Shown here: positions 10,723 to 28,544 of the stretch, in pieces
How positions within the stretch are numbered: the stretch's first letter is position 1
Layout of the letters: every line of letters begins with the position of its first letter
DNA from: the human T2T-CHM13v2.0 reference genome, Homo sapiens
Reading direction: 5' to 3' (one strand)
Length of the DNA stretch: 64,000 nucleotides
Assembly: GCF_009914755.1 (NCBI RefSeq)
Contig: NC_060926.1
Made by a program: the position numbers and the translations under genes
Notes under the pieces: generated by a model
Databases searched by the model: none
Told to the model about the DNA's origin: nothing
The model's input: only the letters and a program-made list of their open reading frames with translations

Positions 10723-12770
10723 ATGAGGAAGCTCATCGTGGGATTCATTTTTCTTACATTTTGGACTTACACAGTAAGGGCTTCAACTGACCTTACTCAA
10801 AGTGGGGACTGTTCCCAGTGTATTCACCAGGTCACTGACGTAGGACAGCAAATTAAAACAATCTTTCTGTTCTATAGTTATTATGAATGTATGGGCACGT
10901 TAAAAGAAACTTGATTGTATAATGCAACTCAGTACAAGGTATGTAGCCCGGGAAATGACCAACCTGATGTGTGTTATAACCCATCTGAGCCCCCTGTAAC
11001 CACTGTTTTTGACAGAAGATTAAGAACTGGCCTTTTCCCAGGTGATACAAGTAAAATAATAACTAGAACAGAAGAAAAAGGAATCCCCAAACAAGTAACT
11101 TTAAGATTTGATGCTTATGCAGCCATTAATAGTAACAAGCTAGGAACAGGATGTGGTTCTCTTAACTGGGAAAGGAGCTACAGAGTAGAAAATAAATATG
11201 TTTGTCATGAGTCAGGGGTTTGTGAAAATTGTGCCTTTTGGCCATGTGTTATTTGGGCTACTTGGAAAAAGAACAAAAAGGACCTGGTTCATCTTCAGAA
11301 GGGGGACGCCAACCCCTCCTGTGCTGCCGGTCACTGTAACCCACTAGAACTAATAATTACCAATCCCCTAGATCCCCGTTGGAAAAAGGGAGAACGTGTA
11401 ACCCTGGGGATCGATGGGACAGGGATAAACCCCCAAGTTGCCATTTTAGTTAGAGGGGAGGTCCACAAGCACTCTCCCAAACCAGTGTTTCAAACCTTTT
11501 ATGAGGAGCTGAATCTGCCAGCACCAGAACTTCCGAAAAAGACAAAAAATTTGTTTCTCCAATTAGCAGAAAATGTAGCTCTTTCCCTTAATGTTACTTC
11601 CTGTTATGTATGCAGGGGAACCACTATCGGAGACCGATGGCCTTGGGAAGCCCGAGAGTTGGTGCCTACTGATCCAGCTCCTGATATAATTCCAGTTCAG
11701 AAGGCCCAAGCTAGCAACTTCTGGGTCCTAAAATCCTAATTATTGGACAATACTGTATAGCTAGAGAAGGGAAAGACTTTATCGTCCCTGTAGAAAAGCT
11801 TAATTGTATAGGACAGAAGTTGTACAACAGCACAACAAAGACAATTACTTGGTGGGGCCTAAACCACACTGAAAAGAACCCATTTAGTAAATTTTCTAAA
11901 TTAAAAACTGCCTGGGCTCATCCAGAATCTCATCAGGACTGGACGGCTCCCACCGGACTATACCGGATATGTGGGCACACAGCCTACATTCAGTTACCTA
12001 ATAAATGGGCAGGCAGTTGTGTTATTGGCACTATTAAGCTGTCCTTTTTCTTATTACCCATAAAAACGGGTGAGCTCCTAGGTTTCCGTGTCTATACCTC
12101 CCGAGAAAAGAGAGGCATAGTTATAGGAAACTGGAAAGATAATGAGTGGCCCCCTGAAAGGATCATACAATATTATGGGCCTGCCACATGGGTACAAGAC
12201 GGCTCATGGGGATACCAAACCCCCATCTACATGCTCAATCAGATCATACGGTTGCAGACCGTCTTAGAAATAATTACTAATGAAACTGGCAGAGCTTTGA
12301 CTGTTTTAGCTCGGCAGGAAACCCAAATGAGGAATGCTATCTATCAGAATAGACTGGCCTTGGACTACTTGCTGGCAGCTGAAGGAGGAGTTTGTGGAAA
12401 ATTTAACTTAACCAATTGCTGCCTACAAATAGATGATCAAGGACAGGTGATTGAAAACATAGTCAGGGACATGACAAAGTTGGCACACACGCCTATACAG
12501 GTTTGGCACAAGTTTGATCCTGAGTCTTTATTTGGAAAATGGTTTCCAGCTATAGGAGGATTTAAAACCCTCATTGTAGGTGTATTGCTAGTAATAAGAA
12601 CTTGCTTGCTGCTCCCCTGTGTATTACCCTTGCTTTTTCAAATGATAAAAGGTATTGTTGCTACTTTGGTTCATCAGAAAACTTCAGCACACGTGAATTA
12701 TATGAATCACTATCGCTCTATCTCGCAAAGAGACTCAAAAAGTGAGGATGAGAGTGAGAACTCCCACTAA
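10723..12770 (+). pseudogene. env: HERV-E env (one in-frame TGA plus one frameshift)
   Basis: Signal peptide MRKLIVGFIFLTFWTY, CSQC (CxxC), furin site [25 protein letters not shown]7CC, TM helix. TGA at 10912-10914; frame change near 11737. Confidence 0.92.
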
Positions 12771-12797
12771 AAAGTGAAAATTCTCAAAGGGGGGAAA

Positions 12798-13295
12798 TAG
12801 GGAATGAGACCACCACTTCTCCTGTTGTCCTTCCCAGCTTCTCCCCAACCTCCCCTTTTCCCTAGTTTATAAGACGGGAGAAAAGGGAGAAAGCAAAAAG
12901 CTGGAAAGAAACAGAAGTAAGATAAATAGCTAGACGACCTTGGCGCCACCACCTGGCCCTGGTGGTTAGAATGATAATAATAATATTAACCCCTGACCAA
13001 AACGACTGGTGTTATCCGTAAATTCCAGACATTGTGTGAGAAAGCACCGTAAAACTTTTTGTCCTGTTAGCTGATGTGTGTAGCCCCCAGTCACGTTCCT
13101 CACGCTTACTTGATCTATTATGACCCTTTCACGTGGACCCCTTAGAGTTGTAAGCTCTTAAAAGGGCTAGGAGTTTCTTTCTCGGGGAGCTCGGCTCTTA
13201 AGACGCGAGTCTGCTGACGCTCCCGGCCGAATAAAAACCTCTTCCTTCTTTAATCTGGTGTCTGAGGAGTTTTGTCTGCGACTCATCCTGCTACA
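12798..13295 (+). mobile_element. 3' LTR (LTR2B-like), 498 bp
   Basis: 11 substitutions plus one 3-bp indel versus the 5' LTR by manual alignment; AATAAA at 13230-13235. Confidence 0.93.
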
Positions 13296-13429
13296 CTGCT
13301 ATTTCTCCCTCCTCAGCACAGGTCTTCCCACAGTTCTCTCTTGGCCAGCCGGCTGCATAATTTGCAGAGCCCAGTGCAAAATGAAATTACAGGACCCTGG
13401 TTTTAAAAAGGTATTAAGAATTTTAAAGG

Positions 13430-13920
<491 letters not shown>

Positions 13921-16349
13921 GAATTTAAGATTGCCACAGCAGAGCATAGAGCATTAAACCAAGTGCTGGGAGCTTCTGAGGGAGGCCTGCGACTGTGATG
14001 CCAGCCCTATTTGCCCCTCCTCATCCTCAGAAGCCAGGTCCTGCTCTGGGCTGCAGAGAGGGGATTGGGGCTCACAGTTCAGCATGGGAGAGGGCAGCCC
14101 AGGGACACCCAGAAAATGGAGGTGTACAGGCCACAGGACCCAGGCCCAGGTGGAGGCCCAGAGACGGTTATGGGTTCAGCTGCCCCTGAAGGATGAGGCA
14201 GAGGGAACCACATATACCAAGGGCTGCTGGGAGCAGGGTGGATGCATTCTGAAGCGGAAAGGAGCTCCTCTCGGGGCTGGACCTGGGGTGAGAGAAGGGG
14301 TGGGAGGCTGGGAGGCAGGCAGGGCAGTTTCTCAGGTCTTTTAGGTTCAGGAGTACTTTAACTTTATCCTGAGCACAAAGGGACAAGGAGCAGGGGTTCA
14401 CGGCAGCCTGAGGGAGCAGAGGGCAGTTTTGAGGCACCTCCACCCCTCCCTCTGGCGTACTTTGGCCCATTCTGGCCAGCTCCAGTGGTGCCCCACTCTG
14501 GAAAATCAGGCATTTAGTTTTGCTTCCTGGTAATGATAACAACTGACATTTTATGGAGCACATTTCATATGCCAGGCACCCTGGTAAACATTTAACGTGT
14601 AGTCAATATGACTTTAACTCAGGGTACAAATATGGTTACTTTTTAATTTTTCTCATTGATTGCTCAAATCCCTCATGTACCATTATTGGCAGAAAAATCC
14701 AATATCAGCCTCTTGGAACCCACTCTCAAATTGTCCAAGAACCTCAGGGATTTCCCTCCTCCAAAGAGAGGGTTCTCTGGAAAGTCTGAGCAGTCATCTC
14801 CAGTTGTTCCCTCTCTCTCCACACAGGGGCGCTGTGGAATAGCGGGCCTGCACAGTCCTGTGGCTTCTGAGGCTTGGCTACCTTCACTGCACAGGCTGCG
14901 GTGGGGCCTATGCTTCCAAAACAAAGTTACCCTTCTCTCAGTCACCCTCACAAGCTCAACGACCTTTCCCCAGAGAGCAGCAGCATGCCAGGGGTGCTGG
15001 GTCCTGTGGCCCCCCAGTCAGCTACACAGTCTGTGGGGGAATCCCACAGACTCAGGTTCTCTCTGGCCTGGTGAAGCAACTTTTTAGACAGTAGATTTTA
15101 GTTGGTCCCAGGGTCTTAACTCTTTCCTCCTCAAAGGCCCTGGCTTTGCAAAATGGTTCCCTCCTCCCCGGCAACTGGCTGTGCATTCCAAGGGGCCTTG
15201 AAAAGGGGTAGCCTTTGTCAGTCCTCAAAAAGTCCAGTTCCACTCTTCCCCCAGGGTAATGGGTGCCTACTCAGCCACATTTACATAACTAAAGGAGACC
15301 ACTCAAAGAATCCTACTCTTAACAAAGAAAGCTGTTCCTAGGTGACTTATTCTGTGCACCTAAACTGAGAAGGAGCAGGGGGAAGCTTCTGGAATCCTGT
15401 TATACACCATGTTCAAAGTAAGAAATGGAGGGCTCTAAGAGAAGGATCCCACGGCTATTGTGTGACAGGCACGATTTGAACTCTGTGCCCTGCACACCTA
15501 ACCCCCATACTCTACTGTCTCCCAAGAGCCTCCAGCCTCCCATCCTTTTTCCTTAGCAGTAACTTAGTCACAAATATCTGTGTTTGTTGTTTCTGTCTAA
15601 AAGGAGGAAAATGTTATGTCCAATGAGCGATTGAAACTGTGATGGTTGGGGGAGCCCAGCGTTATTAGGGCTGTAAGAAATAAATGTTTCCAGAGAGTTA
15701 TTTAAGCTATTGTGAAGAAAAACTTTTCTGTTCCAGTGAAACACTATACATTATCTAAAGCACAGCCAGACCTGTCTGCTTCCAGCCCCATTCACGGTCT
15801 TTGAGCTATTTTGCACCTCTTTTTAAGTTGCAAGTACTGAGGGCTTTGCAAACTGTCTTGTCAGGTGAAGCTTCCATTGACTTCTCTTCCACCCCCCACC
15901 AACACCCCCACGGTGGAAAAACCAGTTTGCCGCTGTTTGCAATTCAATTCCTTCACTCCATATAAATTTGTGCTTTTTGATGTCTCCTTTGAACCAGATA
16001 TAACATCTACCTTGTCCTTTTTATGAGTAAAATAAATCTTTAATACATGCTCATTTTTTATTTCTGAACAAGGGTCATGAATCTACCTTTTTCTGAAAAT
16101 TGTCTTTTACCAATTGCCTTTATGTGAAAATGAACACAGATACATTATCGAACAGAATGCAATTTTTGCTTATATTTCTAAAACAAAACTTGAATCTTGG
16201 AATACATTGTATACTCACTGAAGACCCTTCCAAAGTGAGCCAAAGCTTAGAGCTCAATCCTTTTAGAGGGTTTTGCCCCCCGGGAATTTGAGAAAATATC
16301 TAGTCCAGATCGCAACCAGACAGAATGAATCCGAATGAGTGAGTGGGTG

Positions 16350-17030
16350 GGGCGCGAGCCCAGGCATTTTTTATCGCTCCCAGGTGACTCAAGTTGGGAA
16401 CTACCGGCCTGGGCTGGGATTGACTGACCCTGCCGTGCAGCCTGTGACCTATCACAAATCACCTTGGCTTTGTTTTTCCTCGGTGCGGCCGAATCCCACA
16501 GGAATGCGTGGAATCCCTGCCCTCACCCATGGCGAAGCTGCCCCCCTCGGGCTCCGCCTGCCCCCCGCGGCTCCTCGTCGCCGGGCAGCCAGGAGCTGCT
16601 GGGTGGGCGCGGGCGTCCCGGGGCGCGGTGCGACCCAGAGCCCCTCGCGGAACCCGCCTGGGCTGTGCAGGGGACAACGCGTTCGGCTGTCGAGGGTGGG
16701 GGAGCCCTGTGTGTGTGGTGGGGGTGGCATCCGATGGATCCCGGGGGCCTGCGGAGGAGGTGGGCATCTCGGCGCCACCCGGTGCGCGCCCCGAGCGAGG
16801 GCATCTCCCCTCGAGACCAGCCCGCGGAGCTGCGCGAGGCGTGGGGTAAGGCGGCGTAGACCTCCCAGTGCCGGCTGCAGGGCCGCGGGTCGGGGCGGGG
16901 CCCCGCGAGGAGCAAGGGGCTGGCCGGGCTGGAGGGCTGGGTGAGTCCCCGCCCTGGCAATCCCAGAAGAGGGCAGGGAGCGCCCCCAACTGACCGCCGG
17001 GGGCATCGTGACGCTGAGGTGGATGGGAGA
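16350..17030. promoter_or_regulatory. Orphan CpG island, candidate promoter/enhancer
   Basis: Dense CpGs, GC box GGGGCGGGG near 16892, AP-1 TGACTCA at 16385-16391, donor-like G|GTGAGT at 16941. No credible ORF. Confidence 0.7.
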
Positions 17031-18316
17031 CTGCACGATTTGAGCAGGTTGTGTGAAATCTGGAACTCCATTACTTGTACCCCAAGGCATCTTTTTTATG
17101 CGGATTTAAGCTGGAAAGCGCCACACCAAGCTGTTAACAGGAACTGCTTCCTGGCACTGAGATTCCAGGGGCTGCTCGTTCCTTTCTCTGGCTCATCTGT
17201 GTAAGGAAGACTTTCCTCCGTGAGCCTTTCCACCAAGCTCAGGCCTGAGGCTTAGGAGAAATGTGCGAGATCCCGACAGCCTCGGAGGGAGTGAGGGGGC
17301 TTCGAGACCCTCAGGGCCACCTTAGGGGCCTCTACCAGGGAAGGAGAAATGATCTTGTTTCACCGGCCAGGGAGGTGAGTGCAGCCCCTTCAGGACCTCA
17401 AAAATCCCTACTGGGGGCCCACCCTCAGAGGCCTGGTGAGGTCAGAACTAAGGCCTTGGATAGCAGGATACAGTTTGCTGTTCTAATTGTTTAGTATCTG
17501 ATCTCATAGACAAATGACACAATAATCATTTTTTCATAAAATCTTAATATATAAAGCCAACGATGGTAAGGATATGTTTGGTTTCAAGTGACATGAGATT
17601 CTGCTCAGTTGGGCTTGGTGGCTCGCACCTGTAACCCCAGCACTTTAAGAGGCCTAGATGGGCAGATCGCTTGAGCTCAGGAGTTTGAGACCAGCCTGGC
17701 AACATGGTGAAACACCACCTCTACAAAAAAGTACAAAAATCAGCCAGGCATGGTGGCATGAGCACCTGTAGTCCCAGCCACTGAGGGTTGCGGAGGGGAG
17801 CTGAGATGGGAGGATCCTGGGAGGTTGAGGTTACAGTGCCCATGCACTCCAGCCTGGGTGACAGAATGAGACCCTGTCTCAAAAAAAATAATAATAATAA
17901 AAAGAAGGAAAGAAAAGGAAAAAAGAAAGTCTGCTCGAACTGGTTGCGACCAGCAAGGAGATGTGTGGGCTCACAGAAGTGAAAGTACAGGGATGCCTGC
18001 CTCAGGGGCTGATGCAGGACAGAAATATAAAACAGCCACTCCCCATACTGGAGCTGCCTAGCTGGAAAGGGGCAGGTTGAGATTGCTCTCAGGTGGCCTG
18101 ACTGCAAAAGCTGCATGTTAGCCACCACTCAGACACGTGCTAGGGTCTGGAGGATGGAGGCAAGTCTGGAAACAGCTGCCTGTCCACCATGACTGCCTGC
18201 AATTTGTTAAGACCACCTGCAATTTGCTAAGCGCTGATGGGGAGGCCAGGCTCAGCTCAGATAGCTCAGCTCCCGCAGACCTAGTCGAATGTTTCTTGCT
18301 AGATTTTATGTATTTT

Positions 18317-18973
18317 TGTAACCAAATGCTCCCATTTTTTCTAAGAAAAACGGAATGAATTACTTTTTTTTTAATTATTATTTTCTATTCTCTCCCCTTT
18401 CCCTCCTTCCCGTTTCCTACTCAGCCCTTCAGAAATGCAAATGTAACCGTTCACCTCCCCCTAGACATTCCCTTCAGGGTAATTCCCTTCAGGGCAATTT
18501 CTTCAACGGCTCCAAGACAGATCTTTTCCTTGAGAGCTGACAGTCGATTTGCTGACAGTTGATTTCCAGACTGAAGCGTACCTGCCACGGAACTTTTACC
18601 TCCATGGGGTGACCTTAGAACTTCTGCTCTGCAAACTGGAAGTGACCTTCATCCTCCCTGAGGGTATGTCGAAAGCATTCCCGCTTGGCCACTTTTACAA
18701 GTTATTTCTGCCTGGGAAGGCACCAACTCAATTATCCAGTAGATAAGATACGGGGCAACAGGGGAACGCCTGCCTTGCATACTTGCTCACCCCCGACCTT
18801 ATAAAAGTGTCCATGTTACTGCTCCAAAGGTGAAGCAGCACATGTAAAGGCAGGACGCGTTGTGTCCCTTCCCCAAGCTACCTTTGGAATACGTTCACTT
18901 TTCTTACACCAGACCTCGCGCTTGTTCATTGGACTCTGCATGCGATGAGCAACTAACCTGCTTTTCAGTTATG
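18317..18973 (+). mobile_element. Probable solo ERV LTR (family uncertain)
   Basis: Begins TGTAACC and ends CAGTTA(TG), a degenerate inverted terminus; TATAAAA near 18800; LTR-like size. Confidence 0.45.
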
Positions 18974-19095
18974 CTTTGGAGCCATGTTGTTTAGCACTTA
19001 GAAAATAGAGGTGGGTCTGGGCGCGGTGGCTCATGCCTATAATCGCAGCATTTTGGGAGGCCGAGGTGGGTGGACCACTTGAGGTCAGGAATTCA

Positions 19096-19855
<760 letters not shown>

Positions 19856-20078
19856 AAAAGAAAAAACCTAAACACTCAGAAAAAAAGAAAAATGTTGGCA
19901 GTACAAAGAGATATTGCCAGAAACACAAATATAGTGAGTCTTTAACATACTATTTAACAACCTAGAAGAGATTTAACTTACCAAAATCAGAGACATCAGG
20001 CCAGACAGGGTGGCTCACGCCTGTAATCCCAGCACTTTGGGAAGCCAAGTGGGTGGATCACTTAAGGCCAGGAGTTCA

Positions 20079-20315
<237 letters not shown>

Positions 20316-20800
20316 TCAAAGACCCAAACAATACCATGAGTAGTTTGAATCAAAGATCTGTATCAAATTCTGTACCACACACAGCTTGTATCTTCTTTTT
20401 GCATATGAAACCTTTACCATGTATGTGTATTAGAAGGAAAGACAACATCAACTATCCCCCAAGGCAGAAATTAAACAGGCCAAACTCTATGTCCACAATA
20501 TACGGTAAATCAGAAATTACCCACAAAATTAAACCAAACAAGAACAATGACAAAAATCCTAGCCTGTTTCTTAAATAACTGTTGAGTCAAAGAGAAAGTA
20601 GAAACTATAATGGTTCATTGTTTTGAAATCGGGAAGACCACATAATTATATTTAAGGGAATAATGTCAGTTTACCTCATTTTGACTTCAAGGGGTGTTAC
20701 GTGTCAGGCCTTGGGCTTAAGGCTGTAGCTGCTGAACATTGCCCAATTTAACAACTATAAATGCATTCATTATTGTAAAAATAAAAATAAAAACAAGTGA

Positions 20801-21001
<201 letters not shown>

Positions 21002-21699
21002 TAGCTAATTTTTATATTTTCGGTAGAGATAGGGTTTTGCGATGTTGCCCAGGCTGGTCTCAGTCTCCTGAGCTCAATTCATCTGTCCACCTCAGCCTCC
21101 CAAAGTGCTGAGACTACAGGCACGAGCCAGCACGCTGGGCCAGAAAAGAACTTTATTTATTTATTTTTTTTTGAGACGGAGTCTTGCTCTGTCACCCAAG
21201 CTGGAGTGCAGTGGTGTGATCTTGGCTCACTGCAACGTCCTCCGCCTCCTGGGTTCAAGTGATTCCCCTGTCTCAGCCTCCTGAGTAGCTGGGATTACAG
21301 GCACCTGCCACCACACCCAGCTAATTTTTGTATTTTTAGTAGAGACAGGGTTTCGCCATGTTGGCCGGGCTGGTCTTGAACTCCTGACCTCAGGTGATCT
21401 GCCCGCCTCGGACTCCCAAAGTGCTGGGATTACAGGTGTGAGCCACCACGACCAGCCCAGAAAAGAACTTTAAAGCAGAGTAAAACAAAACCAGAAAAAA
21501 GAAATAATAAAGACATAAGAGAGATGAGTCAAATTTAATGAATTTGAAAGGAGTAGATAAATTGTCGGTTATTTTTTTAAAAAAGCATTAAAATAGCTAA
21601 ACCTATGCCAAATTTAATGAAAGACAAGTGTAATTAGCAAGTTAATTAAATGCAGTTTAAAGTGTAAAAGTATAAGAATTATAATTCATATATGAATAG

Positions 21700-22230
<531 letters not shown>

Positions 22231-22677
22231 TCACTTGAGCCCAGGAATTCAAAGCTGCAGTGAGCTGTGACCATCGCACTGCACTCCAGCCTGTGCGACA
22301 GAGCCAGACCCTGTCTCTAAAAATAAAGAAAACCCATATGCTCTCATAATCCAGGAACAATTGGAAAGAGTTATCAGTCACCTTCCCAGAGTCTCTGGAG
22401 ACCATTTGGGCAGTAAGTTCTTTCAGGCAGTAAGGTCTTTCAAACTCCCAAGAAACAACTAGTTCTAGCCTATGAGCCCATTTTTGCCATGGCAAAAAAT
22501 GACAAGCTCTCCAATTCATTGTATGAAATTAATATAACACTGATCCCAAAGCCAGCAAATAGAGCACAGCTAAATTACCCCTGAATCCCACAAACTGCAT
22601 TGTAGCCAGAAGCCGCCTTGCTATCCTGGTCTCATAGCTTTCAGGTACTTGGCTCCTCATTTGTTCCTAAATCCTAC

Positions 22678-23701
<1,024 letters not shown>

Positions 23702-24251
23702 CTATTGATCAGTGGTCTCCCTGTCAGGGGCAGATCCGGCCTTCTCTTCTCAAATTATCCTGGGTGATAATACCCATTGGGTTTGTCTCCTGGGTGATTC
23801 CCTCCACGGCTGAACCTCACCCACTACCTTCTCGTCAGTGTCATTGACTCTGCACACAGGTTACTGTTGCTCACCCACCACTGGTGCCTCTGACCCTTCT
23901 AGGACCATCTAGGTTCCCCCTGAGTAACTCAGGGGCATTGCTGACCAGCTGTGGACCAGAAGGCTCCCTTAGGGCACGTGCTGCATGGTAGGGCTAACTG
24001 TGGCTGTCCCCCAAGACCTGTGGGGTCAGGCCCTTCCCTCTGATGTTGGGGTTGGGGACCTTGCAGCGGAGTCAGAGGGAGAAGCTTCGTGTTCCCTCCA
24101 CCCCAGGATCCTCCACCGAAGTAAGTAATTTGACACAGAGGAAACCAGATGCACAAAAATTAAAAGGATAAACCGTAATTCAGCTAAAATACCCAAGGGT
24201 TGAAATTGCCAAAGGACGTGCAAAATTCAAGGAAAAAAAGATACGAAAGTG

Positions 24252-24632
<381 letters not shown>

Positions 24633-26589
24633 CTAGGAGGAGCCAGGTAACTCAGAATGGTAGGTGTGCTAGATTGAACAATGTGTGTCTAAAGTCACAC
24701 ACAAACAAAACAATTTCGACCTATGTGTTTTAAAATTAAAAAACAAGAAGTAGCTGGGCACAATGGCTCACACCTGTAATCCCAACACTTTGGGAGGCCC
24801 AGGTGGGAGGATTGTTTGAACCTGGGAGTTCAAGACCAGCCTGGGAGACCCATCTCTACAAAAAATTTAAAAGATGAGCCCTGCGTGGTGGTGCACACCT
24901 GTGGTTCCAGCTATCAGGGAAGCTGAGGCAGGAGGATCGCTTGAGCCCAGGAAGTCGAGGCTGTAGTGAGCCATGTTTGCACCACTACACTCCAGCCTGG
25001 ATGACAGAGCAAGACCCTGTCTCAAAAAGGAAAAAAGAGAAACCAAAAGGACCTCCATAAAACAAGAAGTAGCAGGCAGTTGGGTGCAGTGGCTCACCCT
25101 GTAATCCCAGCACTTTGGGAAGCTCCCTTGAGCCCAGGAGTTCCAGACAAGCCTGGGCAACATCGTGAGACTCCATCTCTACAAAAAATTCAAAAATCAG
25201 CCAACGCGGTGGTGCACCCTTGTAGCCCTAGCTACTCAGCAGGTTGAGGCAGAAGGATCGCTTGAGCCCAGGAGTTCAAGGTTACAGTGAGCTATGATCG
25301 TGCCACTACACTCCAGCCTGAGCAATAGAGCAAGACCTTGTCTCAAAAAAAAAAAAAAAAAAAAAAGTAGCAGACAAAGAGCATGAGCTCATAAAGGGTC
25401 ATCTGGACTGAAATCTGGGGGTGAAGGAGAGGGCAGGGCCCCAGCACCCCAGCAGCCTGGACACACTCCTGCGCCAGGTGCAGCCCCCTTTTCAGGGGAT
25501 GAATGGGGGACTTGTCTTCCTCTGCATTCCTTGACCAGCCTGAGTGCCAGCCTCACCTCACTGGCGCTGGAGGAAAAGCAGTGGCCTACGGAGACCCCAG
25601 TCCCAGGCTGGCTCCTGTTCTTGCTCCAGACAGAACTTTTGAAGCCCTTGGTGTTGCTAAAAGTGCTTGTTTCTTGGCCCCGCTCCTCTCACTCTGGGGA
25701 CTAGGAGGGCTGAGGCTGTTATCCAGGTTGACAGGGACTGCTTTGTCCCTCGGTCAGGGCTCTGTCCTCACAACCTTTCCGGGCCTTCTCAGAGTCTGTG
25801 GGCCACCCATTTGGCCACCCACACTGCTGAGGGTCACCGGGCAGAAAATGCGGAGTTTCTGCATTCCATTTGAAGCTGCTTGGTGTTCCGTCTGAACAAA
25901 CCATGGTGTATTTAACCAGCCTCTGTGGATGGACGGTGCTAGATCAGTCCTTGTTAATGTAACATCACTCCCATCCCCTTCTACATCTCCCTGCATTTCC
26001 AGAGCCCCTTTCCAGTATGTCCTAGGCTGAATTCTGCCCATGAAGGAAGCAGAAGCCATTGGTCTCCAGCAGCTACTATGGTTAGGCAGCAAAACTCATG
26101 GCAGACTCCTTTCCTCGGCTTCTGGGCATCACCCTGCATGACCCCCACTGCAGTGCTATAAGCAGCTGAGATCCAGCCAGACACAGTGGCTCACACCTGT
26201 AATCCCAGCACTTTGGGAGGCCAAGGCTGGCGGATCACTTGAGGTCAGGAGTTCGAGACCAGCCTGAGATCCTTGGTGACAGCTTCCGGCAGCTCCAGGT
26301 GTCCCCCTGGGCATCATGTGCTTTGGCCCTGCCAGCACCGAGGATCACTGGTGATGACTTCCCTGCCATCTCCTAACTTCTAGAACTTTCCTGGCCTTTC
26401 CTCTCCCAGCCCTTCCAATGCTTCTCTTTCTGCTCAAAATACCTAGAGTGGCTTCTGTTTTCTTGATTGAACCCTGACTGCTACAAACAATACCCTCGCA
26501 TATCCTGCACATGCCAGGAACACACGCCAGTCTATCTGTAGTATAAGTTACTAGAAGTCAAATTTTCAGGTCAGTTTCAAGGTTGCTGG

Positions 26590-26914
26590 TGTATTAGTTT
26601 GCTAGGGCTGCCATAACAGAGAACCACAGACTGGGTGGCTTAAACAACGGAAAATTTATTTCCTCACAGTCTGAGGCTGAAGTCTGAGATTAAGATGTTG
26701 GCAGAGTTAGTTTCACTCTATGGGTGTATGTGTCCAAATTTCCTCTTCTTATAAAGACATCTGTCATATTGGATTAGGGCCCCACCCTAACAATCTCATT
26801 TTAACTTAATTCCCTCTTTAAAGACCCTGTCTCCAAATACAGTCACATTCTGAGGTACTGGAGGTTAGGACTTCAGCGTGTGAATTTTGAGGGGATGCAA
26901 CTCAGTCCATAACA
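26590..26914 (-). mobile_element. MaLR LTR (MLT1B/C-like), internally deleted
   Basis: TGTATTAGTTTGCTAGGGCTGCCATAACA...TCAGTCCATAACA termini. Confidence 0.75.
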
Positions 26915-27124
26915 GATAACTAGCTATTCCCAACTCACCCTCCCTGGCAATTGTCCCAAACAGCAGGTACATGAAATGTGTCAGCAAACCTGGTGATCAT
27001 CACCAATCTAACAGGTAAGAAAATGCACATAGTGTTGTTTTAATTTGCATTTCTCCTACTCTGAGTGACATTAACATCTTTTCATGTGTTTGAATCATTC
27101 ATATTTCCTTTCCTGAGAAAGATT

Positions 27125-27886
<762 letters not shown>

Positions 27887-28229
27887 TTGGTTCATATCCT
27901 TTGCCTATTTTTCTATTGGCTTATTTGTCTTTGTCTTTGTCTTTTTTTCCATTGCGACACCTACTAAAATGGGATTGACTTTTACTTATTTGTTGAAGGG
28001 GTTCATTAAAGAGATTTATCTGATATGCACTGAAAATATTTTTCCATTTGTCATCTATCTTTTGACTTTGTTCATAATTTTTCTGTGATACAGTGATATT
28101 TTAATGTAAATTTTCCATCTTTTCCTTAATGGCTTCTAGGTACTATGTCGTTATTCTTAGAAAGTCCTCTCCTACCCAAAAAGCACTGAAAATTTAAAAA
28201 TTAAAAACAAGACTGGACGTGGTGGCTCA

Positions 28230-28544
<315 letters not shown>

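Larger units (their letters stand above)
5164..13295 (+). mobile_element. HERV-E (gammaretrovirus-like, class I ERV) near-full-length provirus, 8132 bp
   Basis: Paired LTRs, CTGC TSD at 5160-5163 and 13296-13299, tRNA-Glu PBS, gag-pro-pol-env order, polypurine tract AAAGGGGGGAAA before the 3' LTR. Confidence 0.95.

Noticed and set aside
16339-17090. 180-212 aa ORFs on both strands
   Set aside because: CpG-island artefacts with low-complexity composition.
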